From: Abditibacterium sp.
GTDB taxonomy: Bacteria > Armatimonadota > Abditibacteriia > Abditibacteriales > Abditibacteriaceae
Assembly (NCBI GenBank): GCA_965199495.1
Contig: CBDASK010000003.1
Span: forward strand, 4,032,001-4,096,000
DNA: 64,000 nucleotides
Reading direction: 5' to 3'
Shown: in pieces, positions 47,843 through 57,409 of the stretch
Numbering within the stretch: position 1 is the first letter of the stretch
Layout: every line of letters begins with the position of its first letter
Notes under the pieces: generated by a model
Database searches by the model: none
What the model saw: the letters and a program-made list of their open reading frames with translations, nothing else
Told to the model about the DNA's origin: nothing
Program-made: the position numbers and the translations under genes

Positions 47843-47846
47843 ATCC

Positions 47847-49019
47847 ATGTCCCTTCAAGGCCAACTCCAAACCGAATTCGGCGATGCGCTCGAATTTCTC
47901 GCGTCCGATAACGCCTACATTGACAACGTAGAACCACAAACATTCGTCGCGCCGCGCGATGAAGACGCGGCGCGCGCGTTGATGCAATTTTGCGGGCGCG
48001 AAAAGTTGGCGTTAATCGCCATCGGCAACGCCACCAAAACCGAAATCGGCGCGCCGCCGACGCGTTTCGATGTGGCGATTTCGACGCGATATCTGAACCA
48101 AATCTTCGATCACGACGCGGGCAATGCCACCATCGAAGCGGGCGCGGGCGTTTCGCTGGGCGCGTTAAATTCCGCTGTTGGGAGCGCCAGACAATTCGTG
48201 CCGCTCGACGATGACGGCGGCACTTTGGGCGGTGTTGTCGCGTGCAACGCGTTTGGCCCGTCGAAATTGAAATGGGGCGCGCCACGCGATTTGGTTGTCG
48301 GCCTGCACGCGATGCTCAGCGATGGTCGGCACGTCAAAGGCGGCGCGAAAGTCGTGAAAAATGTGGCTGGATATGATTTGCCGAAATTGTTCGTCGGCTC
48401 GTTTGGCAGTCTCGGTTTGATCTCGCGCGTCACGATTCGCTTGCGCGCCCGCGATGCAGCCACGGCGACTTGGTGCGAACATTTTGCTTCGTTGGAAGAT
48501 TTGGAAAAGCGCGCCGATGAAATTCTTAACGGCGCGTTCGAGCCGACGATTTTGCGCGCGACCTGGAACGGCGAAAGTTGGCAGTTGCACGCCAAATTCG
48601 ATGGCGGGCAGGGCGCCGTGGCTGCTCAGTTGGAGCGTTTGCCCGCAACCGCCGATTTCGATGATTCAGCCGCGATTCAATCGAACTGGCAACTGCGCGC
48701 GCAACTGCCGATAACGCGCACCACAAATTGGCTTTGCGCCGCGCGCAATGATGGCGCGACGGCGTTCGATTGGGACGCCGGATTGGGCATCGCGCGCGCG
48801 AGTTTCGGCGATTGTTCGCCGCAAATCATCGCGCGCTTGCGCAGTTTGTGCGGCGAAAGTGGCGGATGGCTACGCGTAGAAAAGGCGCCGCTCGCACAAA
48901 AAACGCCCGATTTAATCTGGGGCGCGCCACGCGCCGACGCGCCGTTGATGCGCGGTTTGAAAGCGGCTTACGATGCGGCGAATGTGTGCGCGCCGGGGCG
49001 ATTCGTTGGCGGAATGTAA
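47847..49019 (+). CDS. FAD-binding oxidoreductase, GlcE-like
   Basis: TLGGVVA, GAKVVKNVAGYDL-KL--GS-GSLG, LK-AYD----APGRF. Confidence 0.9.
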   Translation: MSLQGQLQTEFGDALEFLASDNAYIDNVEPQTFVAPRDEDAARALMQFCGREKLALIAIGNATKTEIGAPPTRFDVAISTRYLNQIFDHDAGNATIEAGAGVSLGALNSAVGSARQFVPLDDDGGTLGGVVACNAFGPSKLKWGAPRDLVVGLHAMLSDGRHVKGGAKVVKNVAGYDLPKLFVGSFGSLGLISRVTIRLRARDAATATWCEHFASLEDLEKRADEILNGAFEPTILRATWNGESWQLHAKFDGGQGAVAAQLERLPATADFDDSAAIQSNWQLRAQLPITRTTNWLCAARNDGATAFDWDAGLGIARASFGDCSPQIIARLRSLCGESGGWLRVEKAPLAQKTPDLIWGAPRADAPLMRGLKAAYDAANVCAPGRFVGGM

Positions 49020-49038
49020 ATGTTCCAAGACTCAATGT

Positions 49039-49150
49039 CACGCAGAGAACGCAGGGCCGCAGTGAAGAAAAGAGACCGTGAAAAATGGGAAATTTGAACA
49101 CCAATTCTTTCATCTCTTCTTCCTCTTTGCGTCACCGCGTTCTCTGCGCG
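49039..49150. repeat. degenerate CGCAGAG-type palindromic repeat
   Basis: CACGCAGAGAACGCAG ... CGCGTTCTCTGCGCG. Confidence 0.65.
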
Positions 49151-49248
49151 CCAATTGAATCAGCAACACATGCGCAGTTTTAGCTGTTTGCTCCGTTTCC
49201 CAATTCCCCGCAAGCGTGCCGCGAACACAATCGTAAACTCAAATTTCC

Positions 49249-49866
49249 ATGATCCATTCTCGTCCTTCGTTGGGACAAATTGTCGGCGGCATCGCGCTGT
49301 GCGAAACCGTCGGTTTAGTCGCCGGAGTTATTACCGCGTCATCGGTCAACAGTTGGTATAAGACGCTCATCCTGCCGCCGATTGCGCCGCCGAACTGGAT
49401 TTTTGCGCCCGTCTGGACGATTCTCTATGCGATGATGGGCGTGGCGCTGGCCTATTTGTGGGCCGCGCCGCCCCATGCCGTCGGGCGCGTTTGGGCGCTG
49501 CGTTGGTTTTGGATTCAACTGGCGCTCAACTTCGCGTGGAGCGCAGTCTTTTTCGGTCTGCGCGCGCCCGCCGCCGGTTACGCCGTCATTTTCTGTTTGT
49601 GGTTTGCCATCGCCGCGCTAATGTGGACGGGAGCGCGCGCCGCCAAACCACTTGGCTGGCTGTTATTGCCCTATTTATTGTGGGTTACGTTCGCGTCGTC
49701 GCTCAATTTTGGTATTTTGTCGCTCAATGTGCTCAAAGAAAAAGTCGAAGTCATGGACGCCGACCCGGCTAACGCCAATTCGCCGTTGTCGGATCAGGGC
49801 ATTCGCGAAAAAAATCAGCGAAAGCAAGACGAAGCTAAACGTCTACAACGCGAAATGAAACAATAA
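49249..49866 (+). CDS. tspO: TspO/MBR family protein
   Basis: WY--L--P---PPNWIFAPVWTILYAMMG, QL-LNFAWS-VFF, LLPYLLWVTFA--LN. Confidence 0.95.
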   Translation: MIHSRPSLGQIVGGIALCETVGLVAGVITASSVNSWYKTLILPPIAPPNWIFAPVWTILYAMMGVALAYLWAAPPHAVGRVWALRWFWIQLALNFAWSAVFFGLRAPAAGYAVIFCLWFAIAALMWTGARAAKPLGWLLLPYLLWVTFASSLNFGILSLNVLKEKVEVMDADPANANSPLSDQGIREKNQRKQDEAKRLQREMKQ

Positions 49867-49935
49867 AGTGAAATGTAAAGATTTTGGCGGTAAATTTCGC
49901 ATTTTAGCGATCAAACCAAATAAAATTTAATATAG

Positions 49936-50526
49936 ATGATTCCCAAATATATTTTTATCGCCTTGGTTTCTGCTCTTGCTGGCATGCCGATAGGTTGTGT
50001 TTCTTCAAAAAATCCAACGGATTCAACAACAAGTGGAAATGCAATGGCGAAAAATGCGCCATGGAAGAAATTTTCGCATCAAGGGGGCAAATTCTCTTTA
50101 TTGATGCCGGGCATTCCGACTGAAACTATATCTACCACCGACACAGTTTTGGGGCCGTTGGAAAGTCATGATTTTCTGCTTAAAGCAGTTCAAGGAAATT
50201 ATAAAGCAGGTTACTTAATCTCCTATTCTGACTATAACAAAGAAAAAAGAGGCATTCTTTCTGATATGGAAATCTTAGAGCACATAATGCAATCTATAAA
50301 AGAGAATAATAAAAACAGATGGCTTTACGATAAGAAAATAAATTTGGGAAAATATAAAGGAATAGAAATCCAACATATTGGCAAGGTGCAGAAAGAGTAT
50401 ATTATTACAGAACGTCATTATCTGATAGATAATCGTCTGTTAACGACAACTGCTGTTATGCCAAAAAAGCAATATGATAGAGGAGACGCGATGAAATATT
50501 TGAATTCGCTGAAATTAACCCGTTAG
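49936..50526 (+). CDS. AT-rich putative lipoprotein
   Basis: PIGC lipobox-like; FSLLMPG-P; markedly low GC. Confidence 0.75.
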   Translation: MIPKYIFIALVSALAGMPIGCVSSKNPTDSTTSGNAMAKNAPWKKFSHQGGKFSLLMPGIPTETISTTDTVLGPLESHDFLLKAVQGNYKAGYLISYSDYNKEKRGILSDMEILEHIMQSIKENNKNRWLYDKKINLGKYKGIEIQHIGKVQKEYIITERHYLIDNRLLTTTAVMPKKQYDRGDAMKYLNSLKLTR

Positions 50527-52203
50527 CTTTCTCACCGCGTCCAGCGTGTCAATTTCTTCGACCGGTTTATCGTCACGCTGCCGTAAAATGCGCGGGAATC
50601 GCAAAGCATAACCGCTTTTATGGCGCGGCGACGGCTGCACTTTGTCGAAGGTAATTTCTAAAACGATTTTCGGCTCGACCGTGCGCACGCGTCCGTGCGC
50701 GAAAGTTTGAATCGTATGCGCGACAAACCATTCGGATAATTCGGTGATTTCGGCGTCGGTCAAACCTGAATAGGCTTTGCCGACGTTTAAAAGCGTCGGG
50801 TCGTCGGCTGATGCGCGCACGGCGAAGGTGTAATCCGAATAGAATTTCGAGCGTCGCCCGCTGCCGGATTCAACCGATGTGACGACGACATCGAGCGTGT
50901 CAGTCGCCTTTTTGACCTTGAGCCACTGGCGCCCGCGCTTGCCCGGTTTGTAATCGGAAGTCGGGTCTTTGATCATCAAACCTTCGTTGCCACGCGCGCG
51001 CGCCGCATCGAATTCGGCGTCTATATTCCCGATATTATCGAACAATTGCGAAGCCGCCAAACGCGTTACGGCGCCATCGAAATTCAACTTTTCCAAAATC
51101 GCGCGACGCTGTTCCAACGGCAATTCGAGTTCGTTTTGTCCCGCGAACAAAACATCGTAAGCCACGAACGCGAGCGGCGTGGCTGCTATCACGTCGGCGC
51201 TCGGCTTCTTGCGATTCAAACGCGTTTGCAGCGATTGAAACGGTGCGATTTCTCCGCTTTCGCCCAAAGGCACGATTTCACCATCCAAAACCAAACCCGC
51301 TTCGTTATTCAAAATCGCCGCGAGGGGCGCGCCTAAATCGGGAAAAGCGCCGGTAATTTCGTTGAGCGCGCGCGAAAACAGCGCGACGCGCGCGGCACCA
51401 TAGTTTTCGCCGTGTAATGCTTCGTCGTGCGCGCGGTGCGGCGCGATATGAACTTGCGCGCGGATTCCATCGAATTTATCTTCGACGCGAAACGGCGTCG
51501 GCATCGTTTTCTCGATGTCTTCGTTATCTTTGGCGGGTGTCGCCAACATAAACTTGAGCGGGTGAAACAGCTCGAAAACTGCTTCGTCCAAACGATTATG
51601 CCGCGCCAAAACCGCGACTTCGCCCAAATCGCCCGACAACATATTGGCGCGCTGCACACGCGCCAATTCGACTTGAAACAAACGCGCTAAAGCGTCTTCG
51701 ACCGCGCTTTCTTTGAGGCCGATGCGCAAATCGCCGCTCAACATTTTGGCGAAATACTTCGCTTCCAACGCCGTCGCGCGCTTCAAGGTTTGCGCGACCA
51801 ATTCCGCTTTGGCCTTGCTACCGCGCGTCGCTGCCAATTGCGCCAACGCGCTTTCGATTTCCGATAAATTCAACGTGGTTTGTGTCGGCGCGTCGGGCCA
51901 AACTTCCCACGTCTCGAACGCGGTCTCGCCCGGATCGCCGGTTTTCACTAATCGCTGCGCGAGCCAATTGGCGTCGGCGCCACTGACTTGTTGCGTTACG
52001 CTGGACAAAGCCGCGCCGCCGATATTGACAACGCGATTCTCGCGCAGCGGAAACGGCGTGCCACCAAAATAAAGCGCGGCGCGGCGCAAATCGTCGTCGG
52101 GCAATTGGGCGAAGTATTCGCCGAGTATTTTGGCTTTTTCGAGGCGCGATTGGGTGGCGCCGATAGCTTCGGCGGTCTGACAAAACGAAATAAACGCGGA
52201 CAT
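50515..52203 (-). CDS. ATP-dependent DNA ligase
   Basis: EDKFDGIRAQ motif I, LDGE, EGLMIK, Y-PG-R---WLKVK, LRFPR; N-terminal DNA-binding domain. Confidence 0.96.
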   Translation of the reverse strand: MSAFISFCQTAEAIGATQSRLEKAKILGEYFAQLPDDDLRRAALYFGGTPFPLRENRVVNIGGAALSSVTQQVSGADANWLAQRLVKTGDPGETAFETWEVWPDAPTQTTLNLSEIESALAQLAATRGSKAKAELVAQTLKRATALEAKYFAKMLSGDLRIGLKESAVEDALARLFQVELARVQRANMLSGDLGEVAVLARHNRLDEAVFELFHPLKFMLATPAKDNEDIEKTMPTPFRVEDKFDGIRAQVHIAPHRAHDEALHGENYGAARVALFSRALNEITGAFPDLGAPLAAILNNEAGLVLDGEIVPLGESGEIAPFQSLQTRLNRKKPSADVIAATPLAFVAYDVLFAGQNELELPLEQRRAILEKLNFDGAVTRLAASQLFDNIGNIDAEFDAARARGNEGLMIKDPTSDYKPGKRGRQWLKVKKATDTLDVVVTSVESGSGRRSKFYSDYTFAVRASADDPTLLNVGKAYSGLTDAEITELSEWFVAHTIQTFAHGRVRTVEPKIVLEITFDKVQPSPRHKSGYALRFPRILRQRDDKPVEEIDTLDAVRKLTG

Positions 52204-52244
52204 TTGAGAGCGCGGATATGCGTTTTAAATGCCGCTTTTAAATA

Positions 52245-53162
52245 TTATCCATCCAGAAAGTAATCGGAATCTATGCTCTTTAGCTCATACAATCTTGTCG
52301 GCGAAACGCCGACGTTGTAATCAATCATCAATTTAGCCAAAGTTTCGCCATTGATAAGAACAACTTTGCTTTCAATCCTGTTGGCAAATTCTATGGCCGA
52401 ATCGGAAAACTCGGAAGTTGTAATGAACACTCCTTTTTTCGCGTGGTGACCTTGCAACGCTCCGGCAAACTTCTGGATTTCTGGGCGACTCACGTTTGAT
52501 TCCCACCTTTTGGCTTGAATATAAATCACATCAAGTCCAAGACGGTCTTCTTTAATAATCCCATCAATTCCGCCATCGCCACTTTTGCCTACGGCTTGCC
52601 CGGCGTCTTTACGCGAACCACCATAACCCATTTTCACCAACAAATCGACAACTAACTGCTCGAAAAAAGCAGGTGAACATGCCATTATTTGTTTGAGTAA
52701 CTCGCTCGCCAAATTATCGCGGATCATTTGGTAAGAGGTTTCAATGGCTTCTTCGGGCGTTTGCTCAATTTCGGGAATCGGTAGCTGGGCAACAGCCAGC
52801 TTATTCGTCGCTTTTCCTTTACTTTGGAACGCAACAAACTCCGGATACTGCTTCAAAAACTTCACGTTAATAAAGTCAGGATTTTGCTCAAGAACCTTCG
52901 CTCCTCGCTCGGTAATTCTAAAGTGTGAGCGGCGAGTCGCTTCGAGTAGGCCCGCCTTTTTGGTATAGGTGACGGCCCAACCAACACGACTTACAAAAGT
53001 CGCTTGTTGTCCACTGGGAAGTAACTCGGTTCTTTCCTGCTGCGTCAATTTAAAATAATCGGCTAAATTCTCGATAGTTTCTCGGAGTGAATGCTCATTT
53101 TTATCGCTGGCGAAACGCAGCAGAGGAAGCATGACAGATTGATAATCAGGAATGGCCATCAA
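52245..53162 (-). CDS. mrr: Mrr type IV restriction endonuclease
   Basis: IPDYQ--MLPLL, RVGWA-TY, FE-LV-DLL-KMGYGG, DGGIDG, IQAKR, GVFITTS-F; lower GC. Confidence 0.96.
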   Translation of the reverse strand: MMAIPDYQSVMLPLLRFASDKNEHSLRETIENLADYFKLTQQERTELLPSGQQATFVSRVGWAVTYTKKAGLLEATRRSHFRITERGAKVLEQNPDFINVKFLKQYPEFVAFQSKGKATNKLAVAQLPIPEIEQTPEEAIETSYQMIRDNLASELLKQIMACSPAFFEQLVVDLLVKMGYGGSRKDAGQAVGKSGDGGIDGIIKEDRLGLDVIYIQAKRWESNVSRPEIQKFAGALQGHHAKKGVFITTSEFSDSAIEFANRIESKVVLINGETLAKLMIDYNVGVSPTRLYELKSIDSDYFLDG

Positions 53163-53198
53163 TCAAATTATGCTCGAATTCACGGGATTCTGCATTCG

Positions 53199-54116
53199 CT
53201 ACCCGCGCGCCAGTCGCAGCACTTGGTCAGCCACGCCGACCGACACTTCGACGCCCGCGTTCCATTCGATGAAGTCTTCGCACACGCCGTCGCCAAATAT
53301 CACGCCGCCTTGCGGCATTTGCGAAACCAAATCGAGCGTTTCGCCCTGCGCGATTTCGCCCGCGATAATATCGGCGCCCGAAGCCAAACTCTCGAATGGT
53401 TCGCGCACGCAAAACTCCAATTTGCGTGCGTCGGGCGCGAAACGATAATTGGCCTCGTTGGTGTCTTCGCCACACAACTTCGCCGCACCGCACACAATCG
53501 AGCGGCGCCAGCCAGTCGAACCGGCACCCGTCGAAACGATAACGCCGCTCGAAATCTGCGCTTCGCTCTGTCCCCGATACGAAATTTGATAGCGCGCCGC
53601 GACGTGGCTGCTGGCGCCGATAAACAAATCGTTGACCGCCAATATTTGCTGTCCGTCGGCAGTGCGCGCGCGTGCCATCGTCACATTTTGTATCGGCAGA
53701 TTATTATTTGCCAAGCGCTTCCAAACGAGGGGCGCATCGTTCAGGCGAAACGGCAGCAACACGCCATCAATATGACGCGGGTCGGGATTGAATGCGACGA
53801 CGGTTTGGCCGCGCAGATACTTCGCTAAATTCACGACCAAACCATCCGGCCCCAACGCGACGACGGTATCTCCGTCGCCGAATTGAAACATCGGCAAATT
53901 CTCGCGCTCAATCCATTGCGTGCGGGTGCCGCGCGGCAATTCGGCTTTGAGTTGCTCGCACGCGTTTTTGTAGGTTTCGTGCTGCGATTCGTAGCGCCCA
54001 AAATTTTGGCCGAGATGTTCGATATAAAAGCGCGCTTGCTCGCGCGTATTGTATCGTTCGATTAATGCTTCGAGCGGTGTCTTTTTGGTGACGACAACTA
54101 TTTTTTCGAGTGCCAT
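53199..54116 (-). CDS. NAD kinase-like protein
   Basis: LGPDG (GGDG variant), AVNDLF, SSGVIVSTGAGSTGW; AAGGAG SD with ATG at 54116. Confidence 0.85.
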   Translation of the reverse strand: MALEKIVVVTKKTPLEALIERYNTREQARFYIEHLGQNFGRYESQHETYKNACEQLKAELPRGTRTQWIERENLPMFQFGDGDTVVALGPDGLVVNLAKYLRGQTVVAFNPDPRHIDGVLLPFRLNDAPLVWKRLANNNLPIQNVTMARARTADGQQILAVNDLFIGASSHVAARYQISYRGQSEAQISSGVIVSTGAGSTGWRRSIVCGAAKLCGEDTNEANYRFAPDARKLEFCVREPFESLASGADIIAGEIAQGETLDLVSQMPQGGVIFGDGVCEDFIEWNAGVEVSVGVADQVLRLARG

Positions 54117-54132
54117 AATGAAACTCCTTTTA

Positions 54133-54263
54133 TTAGTCGCTTTCTTCTCGTAGAGACACCGACTTGTCGTGTCTTTAAGACTGTTGAATTCACGATAAAT
54201 CGAAGCAATTATTGCGTTCTTAGACACGACAAGTCGGTGTCTCTACGAGAAGAAAGCGACTAA
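54133..54263. repeat. GTAG-type REP doublet, copy 3, with extended inverted flanks
   Basis: core 54150-54246; TTAGTCGCTTTCTTCTC/GAGAAGAAAGCGACTAA extension. Confidence 0.9.
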
Positions 54264-55078
54264 CCTTGATCTTCGTTGAACTGTTTCTCGAACGGCTCGA
54301 AGTTTCCCTGCCGCAATCCGACATCTAAAACCGCAAACAAGAGCAACTCGAATTGTCCATCGTATTTTTCGGCGACTTCGCCAAACGCGTGCGCAACCAT
54401 CGTCGGATCGTTTTTAAAGGCGCCGCAACCCCAAGCGCCCAAAACCAACGCTTTGTGTCCATTTGACACAGCGATATCGAAAACTCTCGCGATGCGCGCG
54501 CGCCACAATTCGCGCAACTCGGCGAGCGGCATCGCTAAACCGTTATTCAGGTTGGGCGCCGCCGCCGTAATAATCGAACAGGGCCACGGCGCGCACAAAT
54601 TATCGAACTCGTCGCGAATTACAGCCACGTCGGGCGAGTAGAGCATCATATCGGAATAGCGTGGCGCGCGATGCGTTTGGTGATAGTTGTAAAACTCGCG
54701 TTGCGCGCCAATGCACTGCGCCAAAACCGAGTTGCGGCACAGATATTCTTCCTGCGCGCGCGCACCGTTGAGCCAGCCGCCGCCAACATTGGTCGCCGAA
54801 GCGAAATTGAGCGATGCCGCGTTTTTGCCCGCGTCGAACAGACGGCGCGCCGCGCTAAACGTCGTTTCGTTGGTGACTTCGATGCGCGTCGTAAATTTCG
54901 CTTCGCCCAAAGTTTCGGGTTTCCAATCGGGCGCATAAATCCGCGTTTGGTTGGTGGCATTCTCGATATCGGCTTCGATGTCGTGCGCGTGGCTGCTTGC
55001 ATCGGTATAGAATCCGTCGCGTGTAATTTGTGCGGTTTCGCGCGCGATTTCGGCGGCGCGTGAGCGTGAAATATTCAT
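54260..55078 (-). CDS. TIGR02452 family microbial-type poly(ADP-ribose) glycohydrolase
   Basis: LNFASA--GGGWLNGARAQEEYLCR, YSP-V, LVLGAWGCGAFKNDP. Confidence 0.93.
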   Translation of the reverse strand: MNISRSRAAEIARETAQITRDGFYTDASSHAHDIEADIENATNQTRIYAPDWKPETLGEAKFTTRIEVTNETTFSAARRLFDAGKNAASLNFASATNVGGGWLNGARAQEEYLCRNSVLAQCIGAQREFYNYHQTHRAPRYSDMMLYSPDVAVIRDEFDNLCAPWPCSIITAAAPNLNNGLAMPLAELRELWRARIARVFDIAVSNGHKALVLGAWGCGAFKNDPTMVAHAFGEVAEKYDGQFELLLFAVLDVGLRQGNFEPFEKQFNEDQG

Positions 55079-55095
55079 TTTGTCTTTATTTTTTC

Positions 55096-55191
55096 GTAGA
55101 GACACCGACTTGTCGTGTCTAAAATGTTCGAGTTTCCGCGAAGCTTTGCGGGTTCATTCACGTTTTAGACACGACAAGTCTGTGTCTCTAC
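55096..55191. repeat. GTAG-type REP doublet, copy 4
   Basis: GTAGAGACACCGACTTGTCGTGTCT ... AGACACGACAAGTCTGTGTCTCTAC. Confidence 0.9.
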
Positions 55192-55205
55192 AAATCCGGT
55201 ATCCG

Positions 55206-56108
55206 TTAATTTTTCCCGTCCAGTAAAGCCGCTAAAATCTCCGAAGTCACCGTCAAATTGCCGATGCGTCCGGCGTTTTTGCCCAGTTCCTGCATCGCCA
55301 AAGCGGTCATCATGCGCGGGTCTAAACCATTGTAAGCGGCCAATTGCAACTGCACGGCACGCGCCGTTCCTTGCGCTTCGCGCTCGGCGGCTTCGCCGCG
55401 ATTGGTCGCTTCGGCCAGCTGATTCTCGCTTTCCAGCTCGATCAAATTGCGCCGCCGCTCTTCGAGTGCGATGTCGGTCGCCAATTCATTTTCCTTGATG
55501 ACGCGCTCTTCTTCGATGGCCGCCGCGCGCCGCGCATAAGTCGCTTCATCAGCCTGACGCAACAGAGTTTCGCGATAAGTCGCCTCCAGCGCGCGCGCGA
55601 CTTCGGGCGTTGGCTTGGCCGAAATCACGAAAACGCTCAGCAATTCGACGCCCAATTCGACTAATCGCACGTCGTCGCGCAAGCGATTCATCACGGCGGC
55701 GCCGATGGCTCCGCTCGAAATCAGCGTCTGTTCGAGCGTGCGATTCGAGATTTCAACGCGCGTCGCCGCCTGAATGATGTTGGTCACACGCTGTGGCAAA
55801 CGCTCCGGGTCTTGCGACAAATAGGCGCGCGTGCGCGGATTCACCGCGAAGTTGAGTAAGGCGCTGGCTTGCCGTGGCTCCAATATGCGATAGGTGCATT
55901 GGCCCTGCAACGTCACCGACTGAAAATTATTGGTGACCTCGTTGAAAACCCACGGCACATCGCGGCTCGAAAGCGGCACCAGAACGATTTCCGTATTGTG
56001 CTGGAGATAAGTGAAGCTCAAGCCCGTGCCCTCGCGGCGCATTTTGCCGCCCGCGTAATGGCGCACCCATTCGGTCGGTTGCGCCTTGAAAAATCCGATG
56101 TCAAACAT
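55206..56108 (-). CDS. SPFH/Band 7 domain protein
   Basis: REGTGLSF, T--FQ-VTLQG---YRI, ADEATYARRAAA-EEER-IKENEL; AGGAG SD with ATG at 56108. Confidence 0.88.
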   Translation of the reverse strand: MFDIGFFKAQPTEWVRHYAGGKMRREGTGLSFTYLQHNTEIVLVPLSSRDVPWVFNEVTNNFQSVTLQGQCTYRILEPRQASALLNFAVNPRTRAYLSQDPERLPQRVTNIIQAATRVEISNRTLEQTLISSGAIGAAVMNRLRDDVRLVELGVELLSVFVISAKPTPEVARALEATYRETLLRQADEATYARRAAAIEEERVIKENELATDIALEERRRNLIELESENQLAEATNRGEAAEREAQGTARAVQLQLAAYNGLDPRMMTALAMQELGKNAGRIGNLTVTSEILAALLDGKN

Positions 56109-56125
56109 AATTAGTTTTATCTCCT

Positions 56126-56143
56126 GTGTAAATACCACACTAA
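56126..56143. promoter_or_regulatory. NrtR-type operator 3
   Basis: GTGT-AAATACC-ACAC-TAA abutting the SPFH gene SD. Confidence 0.75.
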
Positions 56144-56610
56144 CTCGATTCGCCAAAGCGAACGATGATGATTTGCAATTCTGTGTCTGCGCTTTGTATT
56201 TCTTCGCTCATCCAGCGCAGCGATTTATCTGGCCCGATTCCGCCAGTCCCCGCTCCGATGAGCGGAAAAGCCAGCGAATTCAATTTCATTTCGCGCGCCA
56301 GTCGCAGCGCGTTCGAGGTAGATCGGCGAATCGAAAGTTCGCTCGCCGTCCACGTCCATTGCAATCCTGCGACGTGAATAATGGTTTGGAACGGCAACTT
56401 CCCGGCGCCCGTGGCTACGGCTTGGCCGAGTTGTAACGTGCCGAATTTTCTTAATTCGCGGAACGGCTCCCAGCCCGCGCGCTTTTTGATGGCGCCCGAA
56501 ACTCCATGCGGCCAGAGCAGCCACGGCGGAATAAAGTTGCGATTCCACGGGTTGACGATGGCTTCGACGCTTTGGTCGAGCAGGTCGCCGGTTAAGATTT
56601 GAAGTGGCAT
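56140..56610 (-). CDS. macro domain protein (ADP-ribose binding/hydrolase)
   Basis: GDL---V-AIVN--N, GVSGAI, G-AV-TGAG-LP---IIHVAG, SLAFPLIGAGTGG. Confidence 0.93.
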   Translation of the reverse strand: MPLQILTGDLLDQSVEAIVNPWNRNFIPPWLLWPHGVSGAIKKRAGWEPFRELRKFGTLQLGQAVATGAGKLPFQTIIHVAGLQWTWTASELSIRRSTSNALRLAREMKLNSLAFPLIGAGTGGIGPDKSLRWMSEEIQSADTELQIIIVRFGESS

Positions 56611-56657
56611 TTTGTTGGTTAATCGAGGGGAAAATCGAGCTTATGTTTTAAGGATGT

Positions 56658-56888
56658 AGTTTGAGAATGAGGCGATTATAACTCACACCCCCTCTGCCTT
56701 CGCACTGCCCAAAGGGCGCCCACCCCCTCCGAGAGGGGAAGAATACCTCATAAAGTAAAAGAGCTATCTTGATGGGTACGAAGCGGCGAAGTTACTGAGG
56801 TATTCTTCCCCTCTCGGAGGGGGTGGGCGCCCTTTGGGCAGTGCGAAGGCAGAGGGGGTGTGGGTTATAATCGCCTCATTCTCAAACT
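56658..56888. repeat. long palindromic element (CCCCCTC/GAGGGGG family), copy 2
   Basis: near-perfect arms of about 90 bp sharing ACTCACACCCCCTCTGCCTTCGCACTGCCC with the 24611 copy. Confidence 0.92.
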
Positions 56889-56897
56889 GTTCTGATT

Positions 56898-57365
56898 TCA
56901 AATTTCCACCTCGGCGCGCAATTCTTCGCGCACTTCCATCAGAATAATGCCCAGCATATTCTTGCCGTCGCCGCGCGAACCGATGCCCCAGTAATAATCG
57001 CCGGGCGCGTTTTCGATGATTTCGGCATCGCCCGTTCCCAACAAAATCTCGCGAATATCTTCGTGTTGCTCGAACTTCGCCTTGACCGCGCGGCGCATCA
57101 CGTCGTCCTTGACGGATTCCCAATCGTCGCGCAGTGGCCGCTTGCGCTCGCGTCCCATATTCGCGGCGTTTTTAGGCGAATTCGCACGGCGAATGGCGTC
57201 TTCATGCGGCGTGCCGACGAACTTTTGCGCCTGTAAGTAATGCTCGGTCGTCGGCCACGACTGGCCATCCAAATTGATCCAGTGCGCCGAAAAATTGGAA
57301 AAGCAACCGTAAAAATCTTTGGTGCCGTAAAACAGAATCGGATTGGTTTGGTTCATTTGATTCAT
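56898..57365 (-). CDS. NADAR/YbiA family protein
   Basis: FSNF, WPTTEHYLQAQKF, R-DWE-VK--VM, AKF-QH, D-YWG, GKNMLG-ILMEVR. Confidence 0.95.
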   Translation of the reverse strand: MNQMNQTNPILFYGTKDFYGCFSNFSAHWINLDGQSWPTTEHYLQAQKFVGTPHEDAIRRANSPKNAANMGRERKRPLRDDWESVKDDVMRRAVKAKFEQHEDIREILLGTGDAEIIENAPGDYYWGIGSRGDGKNMLGIILMEVREELRAEVEI

Positions 57366-57369
57366 CTCC

Positions 57370-57387
57370 GTGTGAATTTCACACTAT
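57370..57387. promoter_or_regulatory. NrtR-type operator 2
   Basis: GTGT-GAATTTC-ACAC-TAT abutting the NADAR SD. Confidence 0.75.
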
Positions 57388-57409
57388 CTCTCGCGATTAA
57401 AAATCGCGT

